DNA of 64,000 nt from Acidobacteriota bacterium (GCA_963663035.1 OY760074.1:448001-512000); one strand, 5' to 3'; numbered from the stretch's first letter, positions 20,866 to 30,858 are shown. The notes: generated by a model not told the origin, from the letters alone. Program-made: numbers and translations.

Positions 20866-21051
20866 GAGACAGGAGTCAGGAGACAGGAGTCAGGAGAAGA
20901 ATCCAGAAGGAGAAATTTGGGTACGGCCCGCAGGCTAAAGCCTGCGGCTCTGACGGAGCTGACGAGGCTCAAACAGAGCCGTGGGCTTTAGCCCACGGGC
21001 CTGTCTGGGAGGGAAAAAGGGGACAGCTGGTCAGCTGTCAGGTGTCAGCTG
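20864..21051. repeat. Heptamer arms enclosing a REP-like doublet
   Basis: 5 x AGGAGWC/AGGAGAA at 20864-20898; REP-like pair GCAGGCTAAAGCCTGC and GTGGGCTTTAGCCCAC at 20925-21001; TGTCAG-type arm at 21022-21051. Confidence 0.8.
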
Positions 21052-21930
21052 TTCCTTTTCCTCAAATCGCCTTCCGGCTATAAAGGCCTGAACATAGGGG
21101 TCGGCGGAGGAGTGAAAGGCTTCTTGGTCGCCCTGAAAGTGGATGACCCCTTCTTTAAGCAGGATGATCCGATCAGCCACCATCTCGACGCACCTCAGGT
21201 CGTGAGTCACCACGATGGAGGTCAGCTGCTCCTGTGTGTTGAGCTTGCGAATCAACCGATTCAGTGATTTCTTTATGAGGGGGTCGACACTGCTAGTGGG
21301 TTCGTCGTAGAGAATGATTTCCGGATCGTTGGCAATGGCTCGGGCAATGGCAACTTGTTTTCTGGCTCCGATGCTGAGCTCGGGTTTTTGAAGATCCCCC
21401 ATATTTTCCAGATCCACCGCTTCCAGCAGATAATTAACCCGCTTCTCGATCTTATCTTCGTCCCTCATTCCCATTTCGCGTAGTGGATAGGCGATGTTTT
21501 CTCTGACGTTGAGGAAATCAAAAATAGCTCCTCCTTGGAAAACATAGGACACCCGCTTTCGAAAGTTCAGAAGGTCCCTTTCGTTCATGTGGGTGATATC
21601 TTTTCCCTGATAGACGATTCGGCCACTGTCGGGCTTGAGAAGCCCAGCGATCAGCTTGAGAGTCACGCTTTTCCCACTCCCGCTTTTCCCCAGAACACCA
21701 ATAGTCTCTCCGCTGTGGACTTTGAAGCTAATTCCTTTCAGGACGGGCTGGTCAAAGGACTTGTCCACATCCTCTAATTCCAACATGAACTCACTGGGGG
21801 CATGACCCTCTGAGACTTCTTCAGGGATGGGCGCACTCTGAGCAGGAGGAAAGAAGTGACGGGTAACGATGAGAGTCAACAGGGTCAGATATCCGAAAAA
21901 GAATAACGCCAGGAAGACTTCCAGTAACAT
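21031..21930 (-). CDS. ABC transporter ATP-binding protein (MlaF-like) with N-terminal hydrophobic segment
   Basis: Walker A GKSGSGKS, Walker B ILYDEP, H-loop VTHD. Signature motif is degenerate (LSIGA). Confidence 0.85.
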   Translation of the reverse strand: MLLEVFLALFFFGYLTLLTLIVTRHFFPPAQSAPIPEEVSEGHAPSEFMLELEDVDKSFDQPVLKGISFKVHSGETIGVLGKSGSGKSVTLKLIAGLLKPDSGRIVYQGKDITHMNERDLLNFRKRVSYVFQGGAIFDFLNVRENIAYPLREMGMRDEDKIEKRVNYLLEAVDLENMGDLQKPELSIGARKQVAIARAIANDPEIILYDEPTSSVDPLIKKSLNRLIRKLNTQEQLTSIVVTHDLRCVEMVADRIILLKEGVIHFQGDQEAFHSSADPYVQAFIAGRRFEEKEQLTPDS

Positions 21931-22044
21931 AGATTTGGCAAAGCGCCCGGCGAGACCAAGTGCTCCCTTCCAGAAGTACGGAGGTGTTTGTTGCGAGCGT
22001 TAGCTGGAGCTTTGTGCAGCGGACCACACATTAAAGGGTTACTT

Positions 22045-22389
22045 TTAGTGGCGGATCTGAAACCGGATGAGCTTCTTCGCCATTTCCCTCTTCCGATTGT
22101 AGTTACTGCGCCGGTACTCTAGGAGCCAACCGCGCAGGTCTCTCTGGCTCATCTCTAACACTTCACAAACCCAGAGTAAGCTTCCCGGGTGTGCTTCATT
22201 CGAGAAGAACCATTCCTGAGCGTCTTGCCGCCACAGCTCCCACTCCTTGTTAGACACCTTCTTTGGAGAGACGATGTCGCGAAATGCTTGGAGAAGAATC
22301 CCCAATGCCAAATTTCGCATCGAAGGATCTGGCTTCTTCTTCTGGGGGTATAACCCTTCGCTTTCCAGAAATGTTGCTTTCATGTTCAT
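22045..22389 (-). CDS. Hypothetical small helical protein
   Basis: 114 aa with a GGTAG RBS-like sequence and protein-like composition. No function recognised. Confidence 0.65.
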   Translation of the reverse strand: MNMKATFLESEGLYPQKKKPDPSMRNLALGILLQAFRDIVSPKKVSNKEWELWRQDAQEWFFSNEAHPGSLLWVCEVLEMSQRDLRGWLLEYRRSNYNRKREMAKKLIRFQIRH

Positions 22390-22665
22390 CTACCTACCGT
22401 TGTTGTAGGCCCTCTCAGTAATCTTGAACATCGAGTTCCTTGCCTATCTTATTCCAAAGAAGTGACTTTTCTTCATTGGACTATAGCTTTGATGCCTTAA
22501 TCGGGAAAAAGTTTCAATTTCTGGTGAGAAACTCTCTCTGTGAAGAATGGGCATGGGAGAGGGAAGACACCTTCTTGTCTATTATTTGTCTAGATAATGT
22601 CCAGTAATTGACCCAGGAAGATTGCAATTGGAGATAACCCACAAAATCGCTATAATGCAGAGGAC

Positions 22666-23324
22666 ATGCGGCCATCTGGGGAATCTGCATCCGATCGGTT
22701 CCTTGGGCTTCTCAAGCAAGCAGAGAAAGGACTTTCCGTCAACGAGCTGTGCCAGAGACTCAACCTGTCCTCTATGGCCGTTCGACGGCAACTGACATTG
22801 TTGGAAGGCAACGACCTGCTTTTTTCCGAGAAGGAAAAGCAAAAGATAGGTCGCCCGGCTTTTCGCTATTACCTGACGGAGAAGGGACACGAGCAGTTTG
22901 AAAGAGACTATGCTAATTTGGTGCTCGACCTTCTGGTCAGCCTCCGCTCCATGGATGGCAAGACAAAGATCAACCAGCTCTTCGAAGAGCGCAAGACGAC
23001 TTCTGTGGAAAGAGCTCAGCAAAAGGTTTTAGGCAGGACCCTGGAAGCTCGCGTTCATGAGGTGACCCAGTTGCTGAAAATGGTTATATGGCTCGGTGGG
23101 AAGAGCTCGGCCCGAAGAAGTTTTTGATCAAGGAGATGAACTGTCCCGTCGCTCAGGTGGCTAAGAAGTTCCCCCATGTCTGTATCTACGAAGAAGAATT
23201 TCTCTCCGAGTTACTTCAAGCCAAGGTAAGCCGCAGACACCACCTTCTCCAGAAAGACCACTTTTGTTCCTACCTGGTCGAGGGTTTAACGGTAGTTTTA
23301 GGAGGAAACCAGAATGAGTGTTGA
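22666..23324 (+). pseudogene. SufR-like (COG2345-type) HTH regulator split by a frameshift near 23076
   Basis: HTH and GRP..Y.LTEKG in ORF 22666-23127. The conserved continuation ENGYMA..NCP..C..C lies in a different frame (23076-23324). Confidence 0.75.
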
Positions 23325-23832
23325 AAGAGCCAGTGCTGTAACTTTAAAGGGTACTCCCTTTACCCTGGTGGGAGCTGAGCTGAAGGTGGGTGACAGGGTC
23401 CCTGACTTTGACACTGTTGGGACAGACCTGAATCCGATCAGCCTGGCTGATACGGGTGGTTCAGTGCGGGTTTTCAGTGTGGTCCCGTCTTTGGATACGC
23501 CGGTTTGCGATGCCCAGACTCGCCGCTTCAATCAAGAGGCGGCCAAGTTGACCGATGTCAAGATCTACACCATCAGCATGGATCTTCCTTTTGCCCAGGC
23601 TCGCTGGTGTGGGGCAAGCGGTGTCGAAAATCTGACCATGCTCTCCGACCATAGAAATGCCCAGTTCGGAACAAAGTATGGCACCCTCATCAAAGAGCTG
23701 CGGTTAAACTCCCGAGCCATCTTTGTGGTGGATGAAGAGGACATTCTTCGCCACGTGGAGTATGTGAAGGAGGTGGCCGATTACCCTGATTACGAGGCTG
23801 CCCTGGAGGCGGTCCGTAAGATTACTGGTTAG
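23314..23832 (+). CDS. tpx: Thiol peroxidase (atypical 2-Cys peroxiredoxin)
   Basis: Motifs VPSLDTPVC and SMDLPFAQARWCG; AGGAGG RBS. Confidence 0.95.
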   Translation: MSVERASAVTLKGTPFTLVGAELKVGDRVPDFDTVGTDLNPISLADTGGSVRVFSVVPSLDTPVCDAQTRRFNQEAAKLTDVKIYTISMDLPFAQARWCGASGVENLTMLSDHRNAQFGTKYGTLIKELRLNSRAIFVVDEEDILRHVEYVKEVADYPDYEAALEAVRKITG

Positions 23833-25453
23833 CTGCGGACCAGCTGCAGAGAAAAACCAGACGAACAACTTTTTCCATCTTAGGGTAATTGATCTTCTCC
23901 GGGGTATCAGTTGGACGGTGATAGTCCGGATGGAGGCCGGTGTTAAAAAAGAGTGCAGGTACGTCATTGGAGAGAAAGGGCCACTGATCGCTCCGTCGCA
24001 GCAGATTGGCAGGAGTGTGGTCGTATTGAAACTTGAGGTCTAAGCCAATCTGTTGGTTATTCTGGGTCACCAGATTGCGAAGTTCTTCACTGCGACTATA
24101 GCCCAGGACGTGCAAACTATTTCTGTTTTCCTGAGCACTCTGTCTTGGCAGTCCGAAGAAACGGGGATTTTGAGGATCGGGGATCTCCTCGTCACGGCCT
24201 ATCATGTCCATTTGAAACAGGGCGACGGTTTTCTCCAGCAGAAAAGCGGGTCTTTCGACGTAGTAACGGGAACCAAGAAGCCCTCGCTCCTCAGCGTTCC
24301 AGGCCGCAAAGAGCATCGATCTTTTCGGTTTCTCCGGGCTCAATGCAAAAGCCTCAGCAATCTCCAGTAAGCCCACCGTACCACTGGCATTGTCATCGGC
24401 ACCATTGAAGACTTCCCCATCCCGAGGCTGCACATGATCGAAGTGCGCGCTGACAATCACCACTTCATCTTTCAGGTTTGGATCTGAACCGGGCAAGTAG
24501 GCCAGGACGTTGCGGATACGGGTTTGGTGTCGAGTGATGTCAGTTTCGAGAGTCGCCTCCAGCTGTGGCAGTGGAAAGCCTTGGGATTGGTATTCTCGAT
24601 CGATTTTTTCCTGAACTTCCTCAAAGTCGAATGGAGTGCTCTCCAGAAGGTCACGGGCCAACCCACGGGAAACCCGCACAACCGGAATCTTTACCTGTTC
24701 AGCCCACACTTCCAAGTTGTATTGCTCCAAGGTGTAGTGCGCTCGTGAGGGATCTTCTGGCCAGACGAAGCGAGCATGGCGTGAAAAGTTCATCCCCCGA
24801 GGACGAACTGAGCTTCCCTGGATGATGATGAGAGCCACCGCGTTGTGAGTCTGAGCATTCAGGATCTTGTAAAACTCCTCGCTGTATTCGGAGTCCAACA
24901 GTCCTTCGAAGGGACTGTCGGGATCCATTTTGCCTGGCTCGCCACCCAGAATGACTGCAATCTTTCCAGGGACCTCCAGTTTCTGATAGTCGTCGTACCC
25001 ATGCTCAGGAGCCGTAATTCCGTAACCGGCAAAGACCAGAGAGGCACTCACCTTCCCATTGGCTGAGAGAGGAGAAGGGAAAAAATCCTCCTTGACCATT
25101 GCCACCGTGGAACGGGATGAGTTGGAGCGCCTGATTTCTAGAGAATTGTTTTTCAGGAGTTCAGACTGGAGCAGCTGGAAGTATTGAAAATAGCCGTCAT
25201 CGGTGACTGGCTGCAGACCCATCAACTCGAATCGATGAGCAAGATAGCGGGAGGTGATTCTATTAAACAGGGTATTGACTGCCCGGCCTTGCATTTCGTC
25301 GGAGGCCAGGAAATACACGGCAGACTCCATATCGGCTGCAGTGATGGTTTCTATGGCAGCTGGTGGAGCACTATCGGCTATAGTGCCTGCAAGTAGAGCA
25401 GCCAGGCTTAAGGTAAAGATCAACAGAAAGACTGCCCTTTTCTTCTTTCCCAT
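23822..25453 (-). CDS. M28 family metallopeptidase with PA domain, secreted
   Basis: Signal peptide and motifs SAHFDH, NGADDNASG, AEERGLLGS, DMIGR, RSD and DYH. Confidence 0.9.
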   Translation of the reverse strand: MGKKKRAVFLLIFTLSLAALLAGTIADSAPPAAIETITAADMESAVYFLASDEMQGRAVNTLFNRITSRYLAHRFELMGLQPVTDDGYFQYFQLLQSELLKNNSLEIRRSNSSRSTVAMVKEDFFPSPLSANGKVSASLVFAGYGITAPEHGYDDYQKLEVPGKIAVILGGEPGKMDPDSPFEGLLDSEYSEEFYKILNAQTHNAVALIIIQGSSVRPRGMNFSRHARFVWPEDPSRAHYTLEQYNLEVWAEQVKIPVVRVSRGLARDLLESTPFDFEEVQEKIDREYQSQGFPLPQLEATLETDITRHQTRIRNVLAYLPGSDPNLKDEVVIVSAHFDHVQPRDGEVFNGADDNASGTVGLLEIAEAFALSPEKPKRSMLFAAWNAEERGLLGSRYYVERPAFLLEKTVALFQMDMIGRDEEIPDPQNPRFFGLPRQSAQENRNSLHVLGYSRSEELRNLVTQNNQQIGLDLKFQYDHTPANLLRRSDQWPFLSNDVPALFFNTGLHPDYHRPTDTPEKINYPKMEKVVRLVFLCSWSAANQ

Positions 25454-25493
25454 CACCCCATTGTAAGAGAACTCGCTTCTCGCGTCGAGAGAA

Positions 25494-25608
25494 AGCTAAC
25501 ACCTGACACCTGACAATAGCTCTTCCGTTCTCAACTGTCAGGGGGCAGGGTTTCAACTGTCAACTGTCAGTTGTCAGTTGTCAGTTGTCAGCGTTTCAGC
25601 TGTCAGCG
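25494..25608. repeat. Inverted pair of CTGAC/GTCAG heptamer arrays
   Basis: AGCTAAC ACCTGAC ACCTGAC, then about 10 NNTGTCA units that include the btuD-like stop. Confidence 0.85.
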
Positions 25609-26384
25609 TTTCCCTCGTAGCTGATTTGAGGAAATCCACCCAGTGGACTGGGCTGAACCGTAATATCAGCTTTGTAGACACTGCGAATCGTCTCTGTGGT
25701 GATGACTTCTGTGGGCGTCCCCGTCTGAATGAGCTTGCCTTCACTGAGGAGAGCCACTGTTTGGCAAAAGGCAGAAGCTGCCGTCAAATCGTGAAGGACG
25801 ACCACGACTGTCATGGAATGCTCCTCATTGAGATGTTGAAGCAAACGAAAGATGGCGATCTGGTGATGGATGTCCAGATGAGTATTGGGTTCATCCAGCA
25901 TCAGGATAGAGGGCCTTTGGGCGACTGCCCGAGCGAGGAGGACCCGCTGGCGCTCGCCGCTGGAGAGCTGAGAGATCGGTCGGTCTTTCAGGTGCCAGAT
26001 TTCAGTGCTGTGCAATGCCTTCTCAACGATTTGCCCATCGCGGCCTGTCAGTTTCTGGAGTCTTCCCAGATAGGGGTAGCGGCCCATGGCGACAACGTCA
26101 GCCACCGGGAAGGGAAATTCAAAGTACTGCAGGGAGGAGATCACGGCAATGCGTCTGGCCAGCTCTCGACGTGTCAATGTCTCCAGGGGTTGGTTATCTA
26201 CAGAGATCTGACCTCGTTCAGGCTGGAGCAAACCAGACATGAGGTGCAGCAAAGTCGTCTTTCCACTCCCATTTGGTCCGATCAAGGCTAGAAAGGATTT
26301 CTCAGGAATCAACAGGTCAATACCCTGAAGCGAGAAGCCATCCTGATAGTGAAAACCGACCTGTTTCAGCAAAAGTGAAGCCAT
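25596..26384 (-). CDS. Cobalamin/iron-chelate ABC transporter ATPase (BtuD/FecE-like)
   Basis: Motifs GPNGSGKT, LSSGERQR, LDEP and VLHD. Likely start MASLL at 26384 overlaps the permease stop. Confidence 0.9.
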   Translation of the reverse strand: MASLLLKQVGFHYQDGFSLQGIDLLIPEKSFLALIGPNGSGKTTLLHLMSGLLQPERGQISVDNQPLETLTRRELARRIAVISSLQYFEFPFPVADVVAMGRYPYLGRLQKLTGRDGQIVEKALHSTEIWHLKDRPISQLSSGERQRVLLARAVAQRPSILMLDEPNTHLDIHHQIAIFRLLQHLNEEHSMTVVVVLHDLTAASAFCQTVALLSEGKLIQTGTPTEVITTETIRSVYKADITVQPSPLGGFPQISYEGNADS

Positions 26385-27325
26385 CAAAACTCTCCCATAC
26401 GTTGTCTGGTTCGCAAAAGGTAGACAAAGTAAGGGGAGCCAAGCAAAGCGGTCAGTGCTCCCACCGGAATTTCCAGAGGTGGCAGGACGGTGCGTGCCAG
26501 GGCATCCGCCAGGATGAGAAAAATGGCACCTCCGAGGGCGGAGGCCGGGATGAGCAGGCGATGGTCTGGGCCCACGATCATGCGCATCATATGAGGTACG
26601 ATCAGGCCCACAAATCCAATCAGACCGGCCACTGCAACGCATGCGGCCACCATGGCAGAGGCGGTCACAAAGAGAAGTTTCTTGGCGGTCTCCACATCGA
26701 CTCCCAGGTGAAAGGCAGCCATTTCTCCCTGGGTGAGCATGTTCAATTCCCGTGAAAAGAGCCAGCTCAGACCCAGACCGGAGGCGATAATTGAGGCCGA
26801 GATTCCAATCAGTTGCCAACTGCCTTCCGTCAGGGTTCCGAGCAGGTAAAAGAGCATGGTGAAAGACTCGCGATAGAAGATAGAGAAAGAGAGGAAGACC
26901 GCTGCATTGAAGAACAGCCCAACGATGACTCCAGCCAAGATGATCGTCTGGATGGGAGCCTTGCCATTGATTTGGGCAATCCGATAGACGCCAAAGATGG
27001 AGGCCAGAGCAAACCCGATGGCCATGAAGTAGAGCATGGAATAGTGCTGGAAACCCAGTATGCCAGCGAAAACCACGCCGGCAGCGGCGGCACTTGAGGT
27101 ACCTAGGATGAATGGATCGGCCAGAGGATTTCGAAGGACTCCCTGTAGCACCGCCCCCGAACCCGCCAAACCTGCTCCCACGATGAATGCAAGCAGCACG
27201 CGAGGAAAGCGGATTCCCTCAATGATTGCCCAGGAGGGATTGGCAACCGGACCCACGAAGAGAGCAGCGCCAGCCAGAAGGATCGTCACCACCAACAGGA
27301 TCAGCAACGACCTTGGACCGTTCAT
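26384..27325 (-). CDS. FecCD/BtuC family permease
   Basis: Motifs IRFPR, LRNPLADPFILG, IGFVGLIVPH and EIPVG. Confidence 0.92.
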   Translation of the reverse strand: MNGPRSLLILLVVTILLAGAALFVGPVANPSWAIIEGIRFPRVLLAFIVGAGLAGSGAVLQGVLRNPLADPFILGTSSAAAAGVVFAGILGFQHYSMLYFMAIGFALASIFGVYRIAQINGKAPIQTIILAGVIVGLFFNAAVFLSFSIFYRESFTMLFYLLGTLTEGSWQLIGISASIIASGLGLSWLFSRELNMLTQGEMAAFHLGVDVETAKKLLFVTASAMVAACVAVAGLIGFVGLIVPHMMRMIVGPDHRLLIPASALGGAIFLILADALARTVLPPLEIPVGALTALLGSPYFVYLLRTRQRMGEF

Positions 27326-28182
27326 TGTTCACTCATCATTTTCAAGATACGGATTTGTAATTTTTCCATTCCTTCAATCAGGCGATGGTTGCCATGGGAA
27401 AGAAGTTCTCGGTCAAAGTCGTCCAGGATTCTCCCCTGCTGAACCGCCTTGATCTGATCCCAACCGGGTCTTTCGCGAATCACAGAAGCACTGACTGTGT
27501 ATGTCAGGATAATATCCGGATTACGAGAAATGATGGTTTCTTTCGAGGCTTGGAGAGCACCTTTTTCCACGTCGTCAAATACATTACGAGCACCACAAAG
27601 ATAAAACGCCTCCGTGATGAAACTCTTTTTCCCAATGGTCCAGGTGGGGAGATCGACCTCGATGTATACAGTGGGTCGAGGGCTCAGCTGGGCAGCGCGC
27701 TCTTTCACGGCCTGGAGGCGCTTTTCCATGTTGTCAATTATGGCCTCAGCCCGCTGGGATCGATCAACCACTTTTCCCACTTCCCGGATGGTTTGGTAAA
27801 TCTCCTCCAGGGAGGTCGGTGATGGGAGTTCCAGCACCTGTACTCCGAATGCTCTGAGGCGGGGAACAGTCCTGGAGGAGGGCCAATGTTCGGCGATCAC
27901 CAGGCTGGGTTTCAGAGTGACAATTTTTTCCAGATTCGGATTGAAAAAATCACCGATTCTTTCCTTCGGTTGTGCCGGGGAAGGATCGATGAAGTAATTG
28001 GTCACTCCAACCACCTGCTCTTCTACTCCCAGTTCGAAGAGGATCTCGGTCAAACTTGGAGCCAGAGAGACGATTCGAATCTCACCCTGGCTGACAACTG
28101 CAGGTGAGGGTCCCAGCCGAGTGTACTGGATCGCGAAAGTGACAAGGATGATGAGCACGGAGCCGCCGATGAATTTCTTCAT
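27322..28182 (-). CDS. Helical-backbone substrate-binding protein (BtuF-like)
   Basis: Motifs RIVSLAPSLTEILFELG and PNLEKIVTLKP; adjacent to the B12 mutase genes. Confidence 0.85.
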   Translation of the reverse strand: MKKFIGGSVLIILVTFAIQYTRLGPSPAVVSQGEIRIVSLAPSLTEILFELGVEEQVVGVTNYFIDPSPAQPKERIGDFFNPNLEKIVTLKPSLVIAEHWPSSRTVPRLRAFGVQVLELPSPTSLEEIYQTIREVGKVVDRSQRAEAIIDNMEKRLQAVKERAAQLSPRPTVYIEVDLPTWTIGKKSFITEAFYLCGARNVFDDVEKGALQASKETIISRNPDIILTYTVSASVIRERPGWDQIKAVQQGRILDDFDRELLSHGNHRLIEGMEKLQIRILKMMSEQ

Positions 28183-28196
28183 TCTGAGCAGGGTCT

Positions 28197-28592
28197 TTAG
28201 TGAAGCTTCTTTCTCAAAAAGTCAATGATGTCAGTCGTTTTTGCGTTTGGTTGAAAGATTCTGTCCACACCTAATTCAGTGAGTTTAGGAATATCGTCGT
28301 CGGGAATGATACCACCTCCGAAAAGTAGGATATCATCCGCTTGAGTCTCTTTCAGGAGTTGTACCAGCCGGCCAAAAAGAGTCATATGGGCACCTGACAG
28401 GATGGACAAGCCCACGGCATCCACATCCTCCTGTATAGCCGTCTGGACAATTTGTTCAGGGGTTTGTCGAAGACCTGAATAGATGACTTCCATGCCAGAA
28501 TCGCGCAGCGCTCGGGCCACCACTTTGGCTCCTCGGTCATGGCCGTCTAATCCCGGCTTGGCTATCAAAACTCTAATTTTCTTCTCTGGCAT
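28197..28592 (-). CDS. Cobalamin-binding small subunit of an acyl-CoA mutase (IcmB/McmB-like)
   Basis: Base-off motif [10 protein letters not shown], plus SILSGAH and GGIIP. Confidence 0.95.
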   Translation of the reverse strand: MPEKKIRVLIAKPGLDGHDRGAKVVARALRDSGMEVIYSGLRQTPEQIVQTAIQEDVDAVGLSILSGAHMTLFGRLVQLLKETQADDILLFGGGIIPDDDIPKLTELGVDRIFQPNAKTTDIIDFLRKKLH

Positions 28593-28611
28593 TAAAATAT
28601 TCTGGCATGAG

Positions 28612-28883
28612 TGTCTCGTCCCATGAATACCATAAGGTTTGTGGCGAGCGCGACGGCGTCAAGTTCGCGAAGCGACGACGACGCGATGCCAAGGTGTATC
28701 ACGGAGGAGGAGCGACAATGAAATTGATGCCGTCCCGCCGCCACCCTTCGGGCTGATGGGGGTTGCGGGCGATCTCTGTGTCGCTCGTCGTCGTCGATGT
28801 CCCTGACATCGCCTCCTCCTCGCTCCTTGATCTCCCCTCCCAAGCCCCATCAGCAAACATCTGGGTATACATGGGACGAGACA
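28612..28883. mobile_element. MITE-like element, family B (272 bp)
   Basis: Perfect TIR TGTCTCGTCCCATG; flanks are TGAG and CTAG (the CTAG carries the mutase stop). Body aligns with the inner part of the 395-bp repeats. Confidence 0.85.
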
Positions 28884-30395
28884 CTAGAAACTCGGTTCCT
28901 GATAAGTTCCAAACACCTCCTTCAGGGTATCGCAAATCTCGCCCAGTGTTGCGTACTCCTTGACGGCGTCGACTAAGAAAGGCATCAGGTTCTGATCCGA
29001 CCGTGCAGCCTCCTTGAGTTCGGCAAGAGTTCGCTTGACGGCCACACTATTCCGTCTGGAGCGAAGTTTCTGCAAACGTTGGACCTGATGCTCCTGAAGT
29101 GTGGGGCTCACTTGGAGGGTCTCTATGGCAGGGGCGTGATCGAGGGCGAATTCGTTCACACCGACGACAACCTTTTCCTTTCTCTCCACGGCCTTTTGAT
29201 ACTGATAGGAAGCTTCGTGGATCTCCTTCTGAGGAAAGCCTTTCTCAATTGCTGTGATCATGCCACCCATCGCGTCAATTTGCTCGAAGTATTTACGAGC
29301 TCCTTCTTCCATTTCGTTGGTCAAGGCTTCCACAAAATAGGAACCTCCCAGCGGATCGGCTGCGTCGGGAATACCGGTTTCATGGGCAAGAATCTGTTGA
29401 GTGCGAAGAGCAAGTCGTGCCGCATCTTCCGTTGGTAGTGCCAGCGCTTCATCGAGCGAGTTGGTGTGAAGGGAGTTTGTTCCTCCCAGAACCGCTGCCA
29501 GAGCCTGAATGGTGGTACGGACAACGTTGTTGGTGGGTTGCTGGGCGGTCAAACTGCAGCCTGCGGTATGAGTGTGGAAGCGACACATCCAGGATTGTTC
29601 CTTCTTTGCTCCGAAGTGGTCGCGCATGACGTGAGCCCAAAGGCGGCGCGCTGCTCTGAACTTCGCTATTTCCTCGAAGAAGTTATTGTGGGAATCAAAA
29701 AAGAATGACAATCGCGGTGCAAAGTCGTCAACAGCCATGCCTGCTCGAAGACACCACTCCACATATTCACTCCCGTCGCGAAGCGTAAATGCCAGTTCCT
29801 GCAGCGCGGTGGAGCCGGCTTCGCGGATGTGATATCCACTGATAGAGATACTGTTGTAGGCGGGAAGATGCTCGCTGCAAAATTGAATGGAATCCACCAC
29901 CAAACGCATCGACGGCTGGGGCGGAAAGATCCATTCCTTCTGAGCGATAAATTCTTTTAAGATGTCGTTTTGAACCGTCCCTCTGATTTGATTGCTGTTC
30001 ACTCCCTGTTTCTCAGCGATAGCCACGTACATGGCCAGGAGGATGGCGGCGGGAGCATTGACGGTCATGGAAGTCGTGACCTGATCAAGGCGAATGCCAT
30101 CAAACAAGATCTCCATGTCCTCCAGAGAATCGACTGCCACACCACATTTCCCGACTTCACCTTCCGAAAGAGGACTGTCTGAGTCAATGCCCATTAAAGT
30201 GGGCAAATCAAAGGCAATAGAAAGACCCGTTTGTCCCTGCTCAAGGAGAAACTTACAACGGCGATTCGTTTCCTCTGGGGTGCCGTATCCGGAGAACTGG
30301 CGCATGGTCCACAGCTTTCCCCGGTACATCGTCGAGTAAATTCCGCGAGTGTAGGGGAACTCACCTGGATCGCCTAGATCTTGCTCGTAGTCCAA
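28884..30395 (-). CDS. B12-dependent acyl-CoA mutase large subunit, isobutyryl-CoA mutase-like
   Basis: Motifs [45 protein letters not shown] and [10 protein letters not shown]. Confidence 0.9.
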   Translation of the reverse strand: MDYEQDLGDPGEFPYTRGIYSTMYRGKLWTMRQFSGYGTPEETNRRCKFLLEQGQTGLSIAFDLPTLMGIDSDSPLSEGEVGKCGVAVDSLEDMEILFDGIRLDQVTTSMTVNAPAAILLAMYVAIAEKQGVNSNQIRGTVQNDILKEFIAQKEWIFPPQPSMRLVVDSIQFCSEHLPAYNSISISGYHIREAGSTALQELAFTLRDGSEYVEWCLRAGMAVDDFAPRLSFFFDSHNNFFEEIAKFRAARRLWAHVMRDHFGAKKEQSWMCRFHTHTAGCSLTAQQPTNNVVRTTIQALAAVLGGTNSLHTNSLDEALALPTEDAARLALRTQQILAHETGIPDAADPLGGSYFVEALTNEMEEGARKYFEQIDAMGGMITAIEKGFPQKEIHEASYQYQKAVERKEKVVVGVNEFALDHAPAIETLQVSPTLQEHQVQRLQKLRSRRNSVAVKRTLAELKEAARSDQNLMPFLVDAVKEYATLGEICDTLKEVFGTYQEPSF

Positions 30396-30429
30396 TGAAG
30401 TTCAATTTAGGCACAGAGAGATCTAGCCG

Positions 30430-30858
30430 TCAAGGTGCGGACTTTTCCAGTTCGAGAGCCTTCTCAAAGAATTCCATGGCGTCGTCGTTCTTTCCTTCCT
30501 TTGTGCACTGGTAAGCCTTTTCTTTGTACAGAAGAGCTTTGGAACGGTTGGAGCTGACGGACTCCAGAGCCTGGTCCAGTAGAGCCTGGGCCAGCTCATA
30601 CTGTTGAAGATCGCTTAAGGCGGTGGCAAGAATTCGACCCTCGGTGACGAAAAGAGGCTCCTGGTTGTAAGGAAAGCTCAGGGAGAAGATTTCTTGGGAT
30701 GCGTTCAACACTTTGTCGAACTCTTTCCCATTAATGAGGAGCATCACGATCTCATGCTGTGCCTCTGCGATGCTCCGAGTGCGCTCCCAGCCTTGGGAGT
30801 CGATCATATTCGTCTGAGGGCCTAAAAGAAGCAGGAGAGCAAGCAGATGGGGCATCAA
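30430..30858 (-). CDS. Secreted TPR-like protein
   Basis: Signal-like N-terminus and C-terminal TPR-like helices; follows the anti-sigma gene. Confidence 0.7.
   Translation of the reverse strand: MMPHLLALLLLLGPQTNMIDSQGWERTRSIAEAQHEIVMLLINGKEFDKVLNASQEIFSLSFPYNQEPLFVTEGRILATALSDLQQYELAQALLDQALESVSSNRSKALLYKEKAYQCTKEGKNDDAMEFFEKALELEKSAP

Noticed and set aside
26385-26819. N-terminal extension of the 407-aa ABC ATPase ORF
   Set aside because: It overlaps the permease in another frame; ATPase similarity begins at MASLL (26384).
28183-28883. Cobalamin riboswitch ahead of the btu-like genes
   Set aside because: I recognised no B12-box core, and the structured DNA is explained by the family B MITE. 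An Rfam scan would be decisive.
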